From: Candidatus Krumholzibacteriia bacterium | GTDB lineage: Bacteria > Krumholzibacteriota > Krumholzibacteriia > JAJRXK01 | Direction of reading: 5' to 3' | Length of the DNA stretch: 64,000 nucleotides | Assembly: GCA_041484665.1 (NCBI GenBank) | Contig: JBGPIA010000013.1 | Span: forward strand, 32,001-96,000 | In this document: positions 19,603 through 28,893 of the stretch, piece after piece | Numbering within the stretch: the stretch's first letter is position 1 | How the letters are laid out: the number at the start of each line of letters is the position of its first letter | Translations under genes and position numbers: made by a program | Notes under the pieces: model-generated | Told to the model about the DNA's origin: nothing | Databases searched by the model: none | The model's input: the letters and a program-made list of their open reading frames with translations, nothing else

Positions 19603-20625
19603 TCATTTCTCGATCTTCATCGACTCCAGCGCCGTCGCAAACTCCTTCTCCGATACGTCCGGCCCGCGCTCGGGCCCGCTCATCCCGATGAGGAACACGA
19701 ACGACCCGCGCGGCACGATCCACATCCGCGTCAGCGTGCGGAATTGCAGGCTGTCGCCGGTCGAGAGTGTGTACTTGAACTTAGCGTGGGCGGCCTTCAG
19801 CCCGCAGACTACGGTCTCCTCGATGGGCGTCACCGTCTGGAAATCGGCATACGCGTGCTGGAGCGGCGCCATGGCGCCCTCGAGAAGCTTCGTCGCCGGT
19901 AGGCTGGCCAGGGCCCCGAGCGGCCTCAAACCGACCTGGATGCTCGGATTGAGATCGTCGTACGGCTCGGGATACTTCGTGAAGACGAACAGCGGCGCGC
20001 TCGCGCGCTTCTGGATGGCGTCCTGCAACTCGGCGTCGGAGAGGCGCACCCTTGCCCGGTTCTCCTCCACTTGCTGCAGCGATGCGGTGCTCCAGCCGGC
20101 GGGCCGGACCAGCGAGATCCCGGCCGTCGCGTTGTCGAAGCGCTCACCTCGGGGCTGGGTTGCTGGAGGGGTGGCTGGAGAGGACGGTTGGGCGGACGAC
20201 TGGGCTGGTGGCTGGGCGGACGATTGGGCGGGCGATTGGATGGACCGCTGAGCTGATGGCTGAGGTGATGGGTGGGCGGAGGACTGGGCCCCGTGATGGG
20301 GCACGGCCTGGTCTGAGGATGGAGCCAGTGGTTGGGGTGTAGGTGCATCGGTGGGCGACGCGGCGAACCGAGCGGGCGGCCGCGCCTCCGCTCGATGCGG
20401 CGCTGTGAGCGGCGCGGCTGCGAGCTGGACCGCTCCCGATCGGGTTTCCTGCGCGCGCGCGGTGGAGCCGGGGCCAGTGGGAAGCACAATCGCCACCAGC
20501 GCCGCGAGGGTGGCGAGCGCGGCGATCGCTGCCGACGCAGCGGGCCCGGCGACCGTGCCGGAGCGACGCAAGGCGGCGCGACCGGAGATGGCCCAAGGCG
20601 GGCTCGGGTGTTGGCGCTGCATCAT
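19603..20625 (-). CDS. Exported hypothetical protein with Ser/Pro/Gln repeat linker
   Basis: Hydrophobic N-terminal segment, 12-bp-repeat linker, globular C-terminus ([19 protein letters not shown]); TTGTCC-18-TACCCT promoter-like site at 20679-20708. Confidence 0.7.
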   Translation of the reverse strand: MMQRQHPSPPWAISGRAALRRSGTVAGPAASAAIAALATLAALVAIVLPTGPGSTARAQETRSGAVQLAAAPLTAPHRAEARPPARFAASPTDAPTPQPLAPSSDQAVPHHGAQSSAHPSPQPSAQRSIQSPAQSSAQPPAQSSAQPSSPATPPATQPRGERFDNATAGISLVRPAGWSTASLQQVEENRARVRLSDAELQDAIQKRASAPLFVFTKYPEPYDDLNPSIQVGLRPLGALASLPATKLLEGAMAPLQHAYADFQTVTPIEETVVCGLKAAHAKFKYTLSTGDSLQFRTLTRMWIVPRGSFVFLIGMSGPERGPDVSEKEFATALESMKIEK

Positions 20626-20792
20626 GACCCACCTCGCGAGGCTGCGTGCGATGAGAAGTGCGGGACCTTCCGGGCTCCAGGGTAGCGCCGTGCGCGGGGT
20701 GGGGACAAGGAGCGGGTCGGTGGCGGGTCGGCGGCGAGAGCGCGGCGGCTGCGGAGCTCGGGCCTTGGGAGGACAGCGGTCGCCCAGCGAAA

Positions 20793-21011
20793 GGTGTCCT
20801 GATTCCCGGGATGTGTCCTGAGATCATGACACATGCACAACTCCCTGCGATTGAATTGATTAACCGCGATACGCGGCCGCAGTGCCCGGCCAGCAGTACA
20901 CCCGGGTCAGCCACGACCGACAGTCCACATGCGGTGGTCCGATGTAAGTGACGCATCGACAAGCGATCAGACAGGTGTCCGAGCCCAGCGGTGTTGGGCA
21001 TGGCGACTGCT
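20793..21011 (+). promoter_or_regulatory. Candidate sigma54 promoter with upstream activator sites
   Basis: TGGGCATGGCGACTGCT (GG at 20997-8, N10, GC at 21009-10); tandem GTGTCCTGA sites including TGTC-N10-GACA at ~20794-20831; AT-rich IHF-like patch at ~20850-20863. Confidence 0.5.
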
Positions 21012-21172
21012 TTGTCTGCGGTGGAGCGAATGCCCGGCAGAGGGTGCTGGGCGCATGGTGCGGTGGTGCGACCGCACGCGGATTCTGGCGACTGCCGCAC
21101 GCTGATGCGACCGGTGGGGCCGCGCCCGGGCTGCCGATCAGGAGGCGGATCGAATGCAGCGAGGGCGCGAAT

Positions 21173-21420
21173 CAACTGCGAACGGCCGGATGGAGCGGGG
21201 CGGGGCGACGGGATTACGAGGGGCGACTGCGGACGGCCGGATCGTGCGGTCGCCGAGGTTGGAGGTCGACTGCGGACGGGTAGATCGAACGGGACGCGGC
21301 GACGGGGGCGCCAACTGCGAACGGCCGGTTCGCACCTGCGGTCGGACGGGGCTGCTGGCGGATGCGAACGTCGGCGAGGCCACCGACGATGGGACGCGAG
21401 AGGGCAGGGCGGCGAACGTC
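21173..21420 (+). repeat. Degenerate 43-51-bp tandem repeats (core CRACTGCGRACGGCCGGATCG)
   Basis: Cores at 21173, 21224, 21267 and 21312; weaker ones at 21359 and 21410. Confidence 0.6.
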
Positions 21421-22009
21421 CGTGCACTCCGTCAGCCTTGGTTCTGGTCCGGCGGGAGGCGATGAACATCGGGGCCACTCAGCGCCCAACGAATGCGACT
21501 GAACATTGAATGGCGCTCTTCTGACGGCGGCGGCCGGGTCCGGTCTGGACGAACCGCCTTCGTTCTTGGGACGCCTGGCGCCAAGGCCACAGTGGCTGGC
21601 CGTGATTGGATCTAGGACTTTTCCTTAGAATCGTTGCTTGTCCGCGGCTCGCGCCGCGCGACGGGAGGCTCCACAACATCAACGAGTGGACCGAACGCTG
21701 GGGGGCGTCCGGCCTTGCACCATTGTTACCCTCCCGGTGTGCACCCGAAGCACCCGCATTCGAGCGGCCAGTCCCTTGCCAGGCACGGGACCCCTCGCGG
21801 GCGTGGGCCCCCTCTCGTCAGCCGCTTGACAGAGCGCCCCGCTCGCAGGCAAGCTTATTCCGCGCGGTCAGGCTGGACTCGCCACCGCCTGATCCCCTCA
21901 CATCGCCTCCACTCCTGACGGAAAACATGGCGAGACGGGGCCTCCAGCGCCCGGATTTTTGGGCCAGGTTCGACGCGGCTCCGCCTCAGAACGCGATAGG
22001 AGTCGTCCG

Positions 22010-22420
22010 ATGCTCGCTCGCACCGCCTCCCGCTTTGCCGCGCACGCGCCTCTCACGCGCGCCATCGTGTGCCTGGTAGCAGCATTCGTATTGGGCACCA
22101 CATGCGCACCGCAGACGGCCTTGGCCAGTCGTCCACACATGGCGGACGCCTCTGGCGGCATGTACGCCAACGGCGACCCGGACGGAGGCCATGGCAAGCC
22201 ATTTGATCCGGGCGCGACCACTCTCGGGAGAGCGTCGACCGGGCTCGTTGGTGGGGGTGAGATCTCACCGAACACGGCGCGGGTCAATCAGCTCCGACAG
22301 CCGGCGACCGGCGAGACACATCGGCCGGTTGTTTTCAGTCCAGTGTGGGCGCACGCGAGCCGCAGCGGGTTTGTCTCACTCTTGACCTGGCTGGCATCTT
22401 TCGCCCGAAGCTGGAGGTAG
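22010..22420 (+). CDS. Small secreted precursor protein (136 aa)
   Basis: AGGAG RBS; signal peptide ending TALA; NGDPDGG segment; C-terminal amphipathic FVSLLTWLASFARSWR; stop 3 nt before the next ATG. Confidence 0.65.
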   Translation: MLARTASRFAAHAPLTRAIVCLVAAFVLGTTCAPQTALASRPHMADASGGMYANGDPDGGHGKPFDPGATTLGRASTGLVGGGEISPNTARVNQLRQPATGETHRPVVFSPVWAHASRSGFVSLLTWLASFARSWR

Positions 22421-22423
22421 GCC

Positions 22424-24982
22424 ATGGTTCGTGCCCCACTGCCGAACATCGAGCAACTGGCAGAATTGCATGAGAGGATCGCGGCAAGGGCGGACACGGT
22501 CCGGCCGTCTCCTTCGGCCCCGGTGGAGTTGCTATCGCTCGTTGAGGATCTCCTAAACGCTGGCGCCCCGGAGTTGGCTGGCCAGTTGATCGCAGAGCCA
22601 AACATCCCGCGCCCGAGTTCCGGTTCCGAGGCGGAGTCTCGGGCTCATCTACTTTTCGCACGCGTCCTCTACGAACAGCATCGGTGGGAGGAGTTGTTCT
22701 CGTTCGTGGAGTCGCACGAACGAGACCTGGAGCCTGAAGAGGCCGGACGGGCTTGCGTCCGAGCTGCCTGGGCTGCGCTCCTCTCAGGTGACGTGGCTCG
22801 CTGCAGCGAGTACGTGCACCGCACGATAGCGCACCAAGTTTCGGCTCGGTCCTTAGCCATCGCTGCAGATCTCGGCTTTTTGGGCGGCTACCGAGCCGCG
22901 CACACGGGTGGGGCGATCATTGAAGCCAAGCGTGAAGTCGAAACCGCGATCGCGCTGTATCGCCACGCGGGTGAGTCCCATTATCTGATTCGCGCGCTGC
23001 TACTTGGGGCAGCATTAGAACTAAGGCTCGGCAAGCTGGAGAGCAGCACTTCCTACGGACTCGAGGCTCTGGAAATTGCGGCGTCCAAAGGTAACGTATC
23101 CGAATCGGTTGGGGCGCTTGGAATCCTTGCAATCGTGCAATACCGGCAGGCGGCGTTTGACCAAGCGATCGAAACGATCGAGCGGGCGAATCGACTCTGC
23201 GTGTTGTTTCCAGGGCTCTTACGAAGTCACCAAGTAGGTCTTCTTGATGCTCGCGTGCAGCTCTTTCTTGGGAATTTGGACGCTGCGCGCTCTCGACTCG
23301 CCGATGTGGCGGAAACTCTCCGCGGTGCACCGAGCACCACGTCCTCAAGCCTAGTTGCGGAATACAACGGGTTAGCGTCCCTGCAGGCAGGTGACCCAAC
23401 GCGCGCGATGCAAGATTTTCGCGAGGCGGAAAACATTCTGAAGACTAGCTCTTATGACTCGTACTATGCGGCCGAGATACTTCTGCGCCAAGCGGAAGCG
23501 TCGTTAGAGTTGGGAGCCTACGAGGGTGCGCGAGACCTCGCCGGCCGCGCGCTCGCGATGAGCCGAGCTAGAGGGATCGAGCTGGAAGTCGGCCATATAC
23601 TCCGGGTGGACGCCCTGGCGAGGTGGTTCTTGGGAGACGGACAGGGAGCGCGTGCTACCTTGCGTGACGCCGAATCCCACCTCCGCCACATCGGCGACCT
23701 GTACGAAGTCGGCCGCGTCCTCCTTGCTCGAGCCGAGTTCCTGGCCGAGACGCCCGGGGCCGCCGTGGCTGCGGCTGCCGAGGCTCTGAACCTCTTCGAG
23801 CGCATGGGCGTGATCCACCTCGCCGACCGCGCGCGCGACCTGCTGGCGATCTCGCAGGTGCGCCAGCGCGCGGCGCAGGCGCACGCCGAGCACGCCCCCG
23901 ATCTGGATCAGTCCCGCTCGAACGACCCAGCGCGCTCGGCGCGAACGACCTCGGACGCTGCGGCTGCCCTCACGCCATCCACCACGCCGGCCATTGCGCC
24001 ATCCACCACGCCATCTCCCGCATTCGACCCGATCATCGACCTCTCGACCGGCCCCATCGTAGCCGCCTCCCCCGCCACGCGGGAAGTGCTCGCCAAAGCC
24101 AGGACCATCGCTCCCCACCCCGGCTCCGTCCTCCTCACCGGTGAGACCGGCGTCGGCAAGGACATCATCGCGCGCTTCATCCACGACCACAGCGCGCGCG
24201 CCGGGAGCGAGTTCGTCCCTGTCAACTGCGCCGCGATCCCCGACACGCTCTTCGAGCGCGAGCTGTTCGGACACGCCCGCGGCTCGTTCACCGGCGCCGA
24301 CCGCACGTCGCCGGGGCTCGTCGAGTACGCCAACGGCGGTACGCTGTTCCTCGATGAGATCGGCGAGCTGCCCATGCCCCTGCAGGCCAAGCTGCTGCGC
24401 CTGCTACAGGACGGCTCATTCCGGCGCGTCGGCGAGGCCCAGGAGCGCAAGGTGGACGTGCGCGTGATTGCCGCGACCAATCGCGATCTGGGTGGGCAGA
24501 TCTCCCAGAAGATCTTCCGCGAGGACCTCTGGTTCCGGCTGTCGCTGTTCGAGCTCGAGATCCCGCCGCTGCGGGCGCGCTCCGAGGATGTCATCCCACT
24601 CGTCCACTTCTTCCTGGAGCGCGAGAGCCGGCGCCTGCGCAACACTTTCTGGATGACCAAGGATGCGTGGCAGCTTATCAAGCGCTATGGCTGGCCGGGC
24701 AACGTGCGCGAGCTGGAGTCGGCGATCGTGAGCTCGACCGCGCAAGCGGGCAAGGACGGCTGCGTGCACACCGAGCACCTCCCGCGCTCGCTGCGCGGGA
24801 TGGGCAGCATCCCAACGTCGGTGACCCTCGACCTCACCAAGCATCTGGAGAACGAGGAGCGCCGCATGATCCTGCTGGCGCTGCAGCGCTCTCGCCAGAG
24901 CAAGGCCGAGGCGGCACGCTATCTGGGCATCAGCCGCAATTCGCTCTACGACAAGCTGAAACGGTTGGGAATCGAGGACTGA
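22424..24982 (+). CDS. Sigma54-dependent activator with N-terminal TPR-like helical sensor
   Basis: GETGVGKD, VNCAAIP, ELFGH.RGSFTGA, LFLDEIGE, WPGNVREL, Fis-type HTH; ~480 aa helical-repeat N-terminus. Confidence 0.93.
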   Translation: MVRAPLPNIEQLAELHERIAARADTVRPSPSAPVELLSLVEDLLNAGAPELAGQLIAEPNIPRPSSGSEAESRAHLLFARVLYEQHRWEELFSFVESHERDLEPEEAGRACVRAAWAALLSGDVARCSEYVHRTIAHQVSARSLAIAADLGFLGGYRAAHTGGAIIEAKREVETAIALYRHAGESHYLIRALLLGAALELRLGKLESSTSYGLEALEIAASKGNVSESVGALGILAIVQYRQAAFDQAIETIERANRLCVLFPGLLRSHQVGLLDARVQLFLGNLDAARSRLADVAETLRGAPSTTSSSLVAEYNGLASLQAGDPTRAMQDFREAENILKTSSYDSYYAAEILLRQAEASLELGAYEGARDLAGRALAMSRARGIELEVGHILRVDALARWFLGDGQGARATLRDAESHLRHIGDLYEVGRVLLARAEFLAETPGAAVAAAAEALNLFERMGVIHLADRARDLLAISQVRQRAAQAHAEHAPDLDQSRSNDPARSARTTSDAAAALTPSTTPAIAPSTTPSPAFDPIIDLSTGPIVAASPATREVLAKARTIAPHPGSVLLTGETGVGKDIIARFIHDHSARAGSEFVPVNCAAIPDTLFERELFGHARGSFTGADRTSPGLVEYANGGTLFLDEIGELPMPLQAKLLRLLQDGSFRRVGEAQERKVDVRVIAATNRDLGGQISQKIFREDLWFRLSLFELEIPPLRARSEDVIPLVHFFLERESRRLRNTFWMTKDAWQLIKRYGWPGNVRELESAIVSSTAQAGKDGCVHTEHLPRSLRGMGSIPTSVTLDLTKHLENEERRMILLALQRSRQSKAEAARYLGISRNSLYDKLKRLGIED

Positions 24983-25177
24983 GGGCGACTCTGGCGGGTC
25001 CTGGCCTGCGGGGCCCACGCGGGCCCGCGCTGGCGAGCGCGGGGTACCCGGGGGCGTCAGCGGCTCAGATGGCCGTGGCAAGTTTCCACGAGCGCGGGCG
25101 TGTGCGAGCGTACCCGGGCGCAATTCCCGCGGCCCATTCGCAGCCCATTCCCCGCTCGCGCGTCCCTTCACGCCCCC

Positions 25178-26107
25178 TCACGTCAATCCCTCCGGGCCCC
25201 TGCAGATCTCCTGGTGCCTCCACCCCGGCCCGCGCCGCTTGTCCTTGGTGACGACCAGCTCGCAGACGAACCGCTGCCCTTCGGCGCGGCGCACGCTGCC
25301 CTCGGCGCGCAGCGAGATGAGTGAACCCAGCCCAGTCCGCTCACCCTTGGTCAGGAACAGCAGCACCGCGTTGTGCTTCTTCACCAGCCCCGCCAACCGC
25401 GTGAGCGCGGGCTGCGTGACCTGTCCCCGTGGACCCTGCGCGCCCGCCGCCGCGAGATCCATCACCACCAGCCCGAACGCCCCGCTGCGCAGGAGCTGAT
25501 CGGCCGCGCGGGCCGCATTGGCAGCATTGGCGGCATTGGCTGCACTGGCAGCATTGGCTGCGCTGGCAGCGCCGGCCGCACCCGAGCTGCCGTTCAGGCG
25601 CACCACGGGCAACGCCGCCAGGTCGATCCCCCACGCTGCCATGTCGGGCGGGAAGAAGGTCGACCCGCCAACGGCGATCCACGCCACGGGCTGTCCACGA
25701 TGTTGGGCGTCGAGCACCAGCGAGGCCGCGAACGTCAGCAGCGGCGTCTGCCCGAAGCTGACGAGCTCGCACAGCCGGCCGCTGAGGGCGTCGAGGCTCC
25801 AGGACTTGCCACGGCCGGTGTCGGGTCGGGTGTCAGGTCTGACGTCAGGTCGGGTGTTTGGTCTGGCGTCGAGTCGAGTGTCGGGCCTGGCGTCGGGTCT
25901 GGCGTCAGGACTGATGCCAGAACGAGCGCCGGGCATGGCGTCGGAGCCGGCGCCGCGCCGAATGCCCGGCCAATCGTCAATCTGGCCATCCGGCTGGGGT
26001 AGAAGCTCGCCCTGGACCTTGCGCAGCACCTCGATGCTGCCCGCCGGCAAGGCGGAGGCCAGGGAGTCCGCGAGGGACTCGACGAACGAACGGGCGGCGC
26101 TTTCCAT
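25178..26107 (-). CDS. imuA: ImuA/RecA-like SOS mutagenesis accessory protein
   Basis: LSGRLCEL with degenerate Walker A, VAWI...FFPPD..WGIDL, AADQLLRSGAFGLVVMDL, LGSLISLR, KDKRRGPGW; GGAG RBS before ATG 26107. Confidence 0.82.
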   Translation of the reverse strand: MESAARSFVESLADSLASALPAGSIEVLRKVQGELLPQPDGQIDDWPGIRRGAGSDAMPGARSGISPDARPDARPDTRLDARPNTRPDVRPDTRPDTGRGKSWSLDALSGRLCELVSFGQTPLLTFAASLVLDAQHRGQPVAWIAVGGSTFFPPDMAAWGIDLAALPVVRLNGSSGAAGAASAANAASAANAANAANAARAADQLLRSGAFGLVVMDLAAAGAQGPRGQVTQPALTRLAGLVKKHNAVLLFLTKGERTGLGSLISLRAEGSVRRAEGQRFVCELVVTKDKRRGPGWRHQEICRGPEGLT

Positions 26108-26181
26108 GAGAACGCGCTCCGGTGCGGAGCCCACGGGGACCCGGGGGACCCGGGCGGTGCGTGGGGCGTCATGGCGTTCTC

Positions 26182-26210
26182 AGGATAGCAGACGTTTGTC
26201 TGAAAGACAA
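26182..26210 (-). promoter_or_regulatory. imuA sigma70 promoter with candidate LexA box
   Basis: Minus strand TTGTCT-17bp-TATCCT; the spacer holds the perfect palindrome AGACAAACGTCT (26190-26201). Confidence 0.8.
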
Positions 26211-26378
26211 GGTCGCGGTGAGATGTGGGCCGCTCGGAGCCCACCCTCCGCGGTGGGGCGAGATCTCGTCACCGCTCCGGTATCCGCAACCGCGGGATCC
26301 ACCGCCCGCCGGGACGACATACCGGTCGAAGTCGATGGGACGACGCGCCCGCGCCCGCGACTAACACTGCCAACGGGC

Positions 26379-27035
26379 TCATCGGCGATCGTCATCCTGC
26401 TCGGGCTTGTGGAGCCGCCCGTCGCCAACGGTCTCGACGACCTGGTCGTCGCGGTGCGTCGCGAAGCCCTGGGCCAGCTTGCGCGCGATCTCCTTCATGT
26501 CGACGGACCCGTCGGCCGCGCGCTGCACGCCGTAGACCGTGCTTGGGAAATCCAGCGGTTTCTGGACGGCCCAGATCCGCTCGTGCTCGCTCGGCGGGAA
26601 CAGCTGGGCGGGGTCGCCCACCGCTACCCACGCGATCGGCACGGTGACGCCGGGGCCGACGACGGTGTTCACGTGCACGACGCCGTTCACGCGCACCTCG
26701 GCGCCACGGCCGACGCGCGCGCCGAAGAATACCGTGACCCCCGTGGCGAGAAACACCTCGTTCTCGATCGTGCACCCCATCAGGCTGGCGTGCGGCCCGA
26801 CCAGTACGTGGCTGCCGATGTTCACCGGATGTCGGACGGTCGCGCGGAGCAGCGCCTGCTCGCGCACCACCACCGATTCGCCGAGCACGATTGGCGAGCC
26901 CTCGGCGACCAGCACGGCGCCGAATCCGATCTGGCAGTGCGGGCCGATCCAGACGTCGCCGCAGACAGTCGCCGTTGGCGCAACGTACGCGCTGGGATGG
27001 ATGGTCGGCGCCTTGCCGCGGTGCGTCAGAAGCAT
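26379..27035 (-). CDS. Gamma-carbonic-anhydrase-like hexapeptide repeat protein
   Basis: P.IHPSAYVAPTATVCGDV.IG, hexapeptide repeats, AVGDPA. Confidence 0.9.
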   Translation of the reverse strand: MLLTHRGKAPTIHPSAYVAPTATVCGDVWIGPHCQIGFGAVLVAEGSPIVLGESVVVREQALLRATVRHPVNIGSHVLVGPHASLMGCTIENEVFLATGVTVFFGARVGRGAEVRVNGVVHVNTVVGPGVTVPIAWVAVGDPAQLFPPSEHERIWAVQKPLDFPSTVYGVQRAADGSVDMKEIARKLAQGFATHRDDQVVETVGDGRLHKPEQDDDRR

Positions 27036-27203
27036 AGCGGCCTGTTCCTTTGGGGGGCTGGCGGAGGGGACGCGCACGCGGAGGGGACGCGCACGAGGTC
27101 AACAAGGCTAGTCCACGGTGAGCGCGACCGACAAGGCCTCCGGACGGACCGCAGGAAGGATCTCAGGACGGACGCCGGGACGGACCTCAGAAAGGACCCA
27201 TCT

Positions 27204-27707
27204 TCAAGAGAGTCCCCGACGACCGTTCGCCTGGGCGCCGGCCCGCCGCGCTGGTGCTCTCGCCCGCGCCCAGAGCCCACCGGCGTATGCCGCGAAGTTG
27301 ACGAGCGCGAAACCCAGCAGCACCCACCGGACGCCGTTCACTGGGAACGGCCGGACGATCTGATAGCCGACGTTGACGAACCAGAAAATGGCCATGCCCT
27401 TGGGCACCAGGCCGTCGCCCGCGGCGTTTGCGACGCCTCCGATGGCTGCACCGCCCGGGTCGCTCCCGGTGCCGGGGTCGCTCGCGAGGCGGCGCGCCAC
27501 GAGAATTGTCGCCACGCCGCCGAGCAGCATCAGCGTGCTGAGAAACACATTTATCGAGACCACACCCCAGCGGATGGGGGCGGGAATCGTGGTGATGAAG
27601 CGTTCCCAGTGGAAGATCGTAGGCAGTGCGAAATGGAATGCGCCCATCGCTGCACTGGCGAAGCCCGCGACGAGCAGCAAGGGTCTTGCTACGGCATCCC
27701 GCTGCAT
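27204..27707 (-). CDS. Hypothetical membrane protein (about 4 TM)
   Basis: GGAGG RBS; hydrophobic helices; HF.LP.IF.W motif. Confidence 0.65.
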   Translation of the reverse strand: MQRDAVARPLLLVAGFASAAMGAFHFALPTIFHWERFITTIPAPIRWGVVSINVFLSTLMLLGGVATILVARRLASDPGTGSDPGGAAIGGVANAAGDGLVPKGMAIFWFVNVGYQIVRPFPVNGVRWVLLGFALVNFAAYAGGLWARARAPARRAGAQANGRRGLS

Positions 27708-27784
27708 GAGACCTCCGTGGAGAGCGCGGCTGCGGGCCCAGGGTATGGCGCGGACCCAGCGCTTCGGCTTGCCCGTGTGCAGTC

Positions 27785-28402
27785 TCAGCGCGGCGCGCTC
27801 TCCAGGTACCGCCGGACCTCGATGACTTTGCCGAGGATCGTGCAGCTCTCGGGGACGATTGTGTCGTACGCGGCATTGGCCGGCTGGAGGTGGACCTTGC
27901 CGCGCCGCACGCGCAAAGTCTTGACCGTGGCCTCGTCGCCCACCAACGCAACGACGATGTCGCCGGACCGGGCGGCGCGCTGCGCGCGCACGATCACGAT
28001 GTCGCCCGGCAGGATCCCCACTCCGGTCATGCTCTCGCCACGCACGCGCAGCCCGAACACCTCGTCGTCGCTTGCACGGGTCTGGACCGGGACGTAGCCC
28101 TCCAGATCCTCGACGGCTGCCGACAGCCCGCCGGCCTGAACGCGGCCCAGCACCGGAACCAGGCGCGTCCCGCGTGGCTGGAACGGCCCCGGCAGACGGT
28201 AGCCCCGGGACTTGCCCTGTTCCTTGGTGAGGCGACCTTCCTCGACGAGCCGCGTGAGATGGGTCGCGGCGGTCTGCACTGCGCGGAAGCCCATGGCTTT
28301 CTGGACTTCGCGCACGGTGGGCGGGCGGCCCTGCATCAGGCGCTGGTGGATGAAGCGGTAGACCCGATTACGGGTCTCGCCGGGTGGGGTGATAGGTGAC
28401 AC
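27785..28402 (-). CDS. lexA: LexA repressor
   Basis: PPTVREV...GF HTH, SRG, PVLGRVQAG cleavage site, GESM (Ser), ATVK (Lys), ILGKV. Confidence 0.95.
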   Translation of the reverse strand: MSPITPPGETRNRVYRFIHQRLMQGRPPTVREVQKAMGFRAVQTAATHLTRLVEEGRLTKEQGKSRGYRLPGPFQPRGTRLVPVLGRVQAGGLSAAVEDLEGYVPVQTRASDDEVFGLRVRGESMTGVGILPGDIVIVRAQRAARSGDIVVALVGDEATVKTLRVRRGKVHLQPANAAYDTIVPESCTILGKVIEVRRYLESAPR

Positions 28403-28411
28403 GGCGTGGTG

Positions 28412-28440
28412 AAGATAGAGGACGTTTGTCTATGCGGCAA
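28412..28440 (-). promoter_or_regulatory. lexA promoter (near-leaderless) with autoregulatory box
   Basis: Minus strand TTGCCG-17bp-TATCTT, 9 nt before the GTG start; the spacer holds AGACAAACGTCC (28420-28431). Confidence 0.8.
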
Positions 28441-28582
28441 GTCGTTTCTGTGCTGTGGGAGGCGTACGGGAGGGGTGGTGCGCGGTGGAGGAAGCACGCG
28501 CCGCGCACGCCGCGGGCGCCACGTACGCCGCACGCGCCGCGCGGGCGACACGACGACACCGCGAGGGCGACGCAATAATGTT

Positions 28583-28641
28583 CCCGGCGGGGCCGTAAGC
28601 ACAAAGTGCATACGGCGCCTGGCTGTCCCGACACGCGCGAT
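28583..28641. repeat. Palindromic element homologous to 63808-63884
   Basis: CCCGGCGGGGCC-GTAAGCACAAAGTGCATAC...CCCGACACGCGCGAT. Confidence 0.55.
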
Positions 28642-28893
28642 CTGGACAGGCGAGCTTCGGATATACAATGTATGTCCGAGCTCGCAGGGGACAATCGTAG
28701 TGGGGCCTTCCATGCGCCCTGCTCGCGCTGCTTGCACTGCTCGCGCCAACCGCGACTCCAGCCGCCCAGAGCGCCCACTGCTCCAGCCGATCCCGCCGTC
28801 CAGCTTGAGGAATCGATCCGGTCGCGCGTACCATTGATGAACCGCCCCCAGCGCGGCACCAGGCTGCGCTGCCCCTCGACGCCCGGAGCGACC

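Noticed and set aside
21173..21420. CRISPR array
   Set aside because: Repeats are degenerate, spacers partly resemble each other, spacing is irregular and there are no cas genes.
25735..26172. Leaderless imuA start at ATG 26172
   Set aside because: Out of frame with imuA; ATG 26107 has a GGAG RBS and is in frame.
25518..28097. Long shadow ORFs (also 45155-48448, 53085-55883, 29830-32238, 33121-34821)
   Set aside because: They overlap genes with clear family motifs; long alternative frames are expected at this GC.
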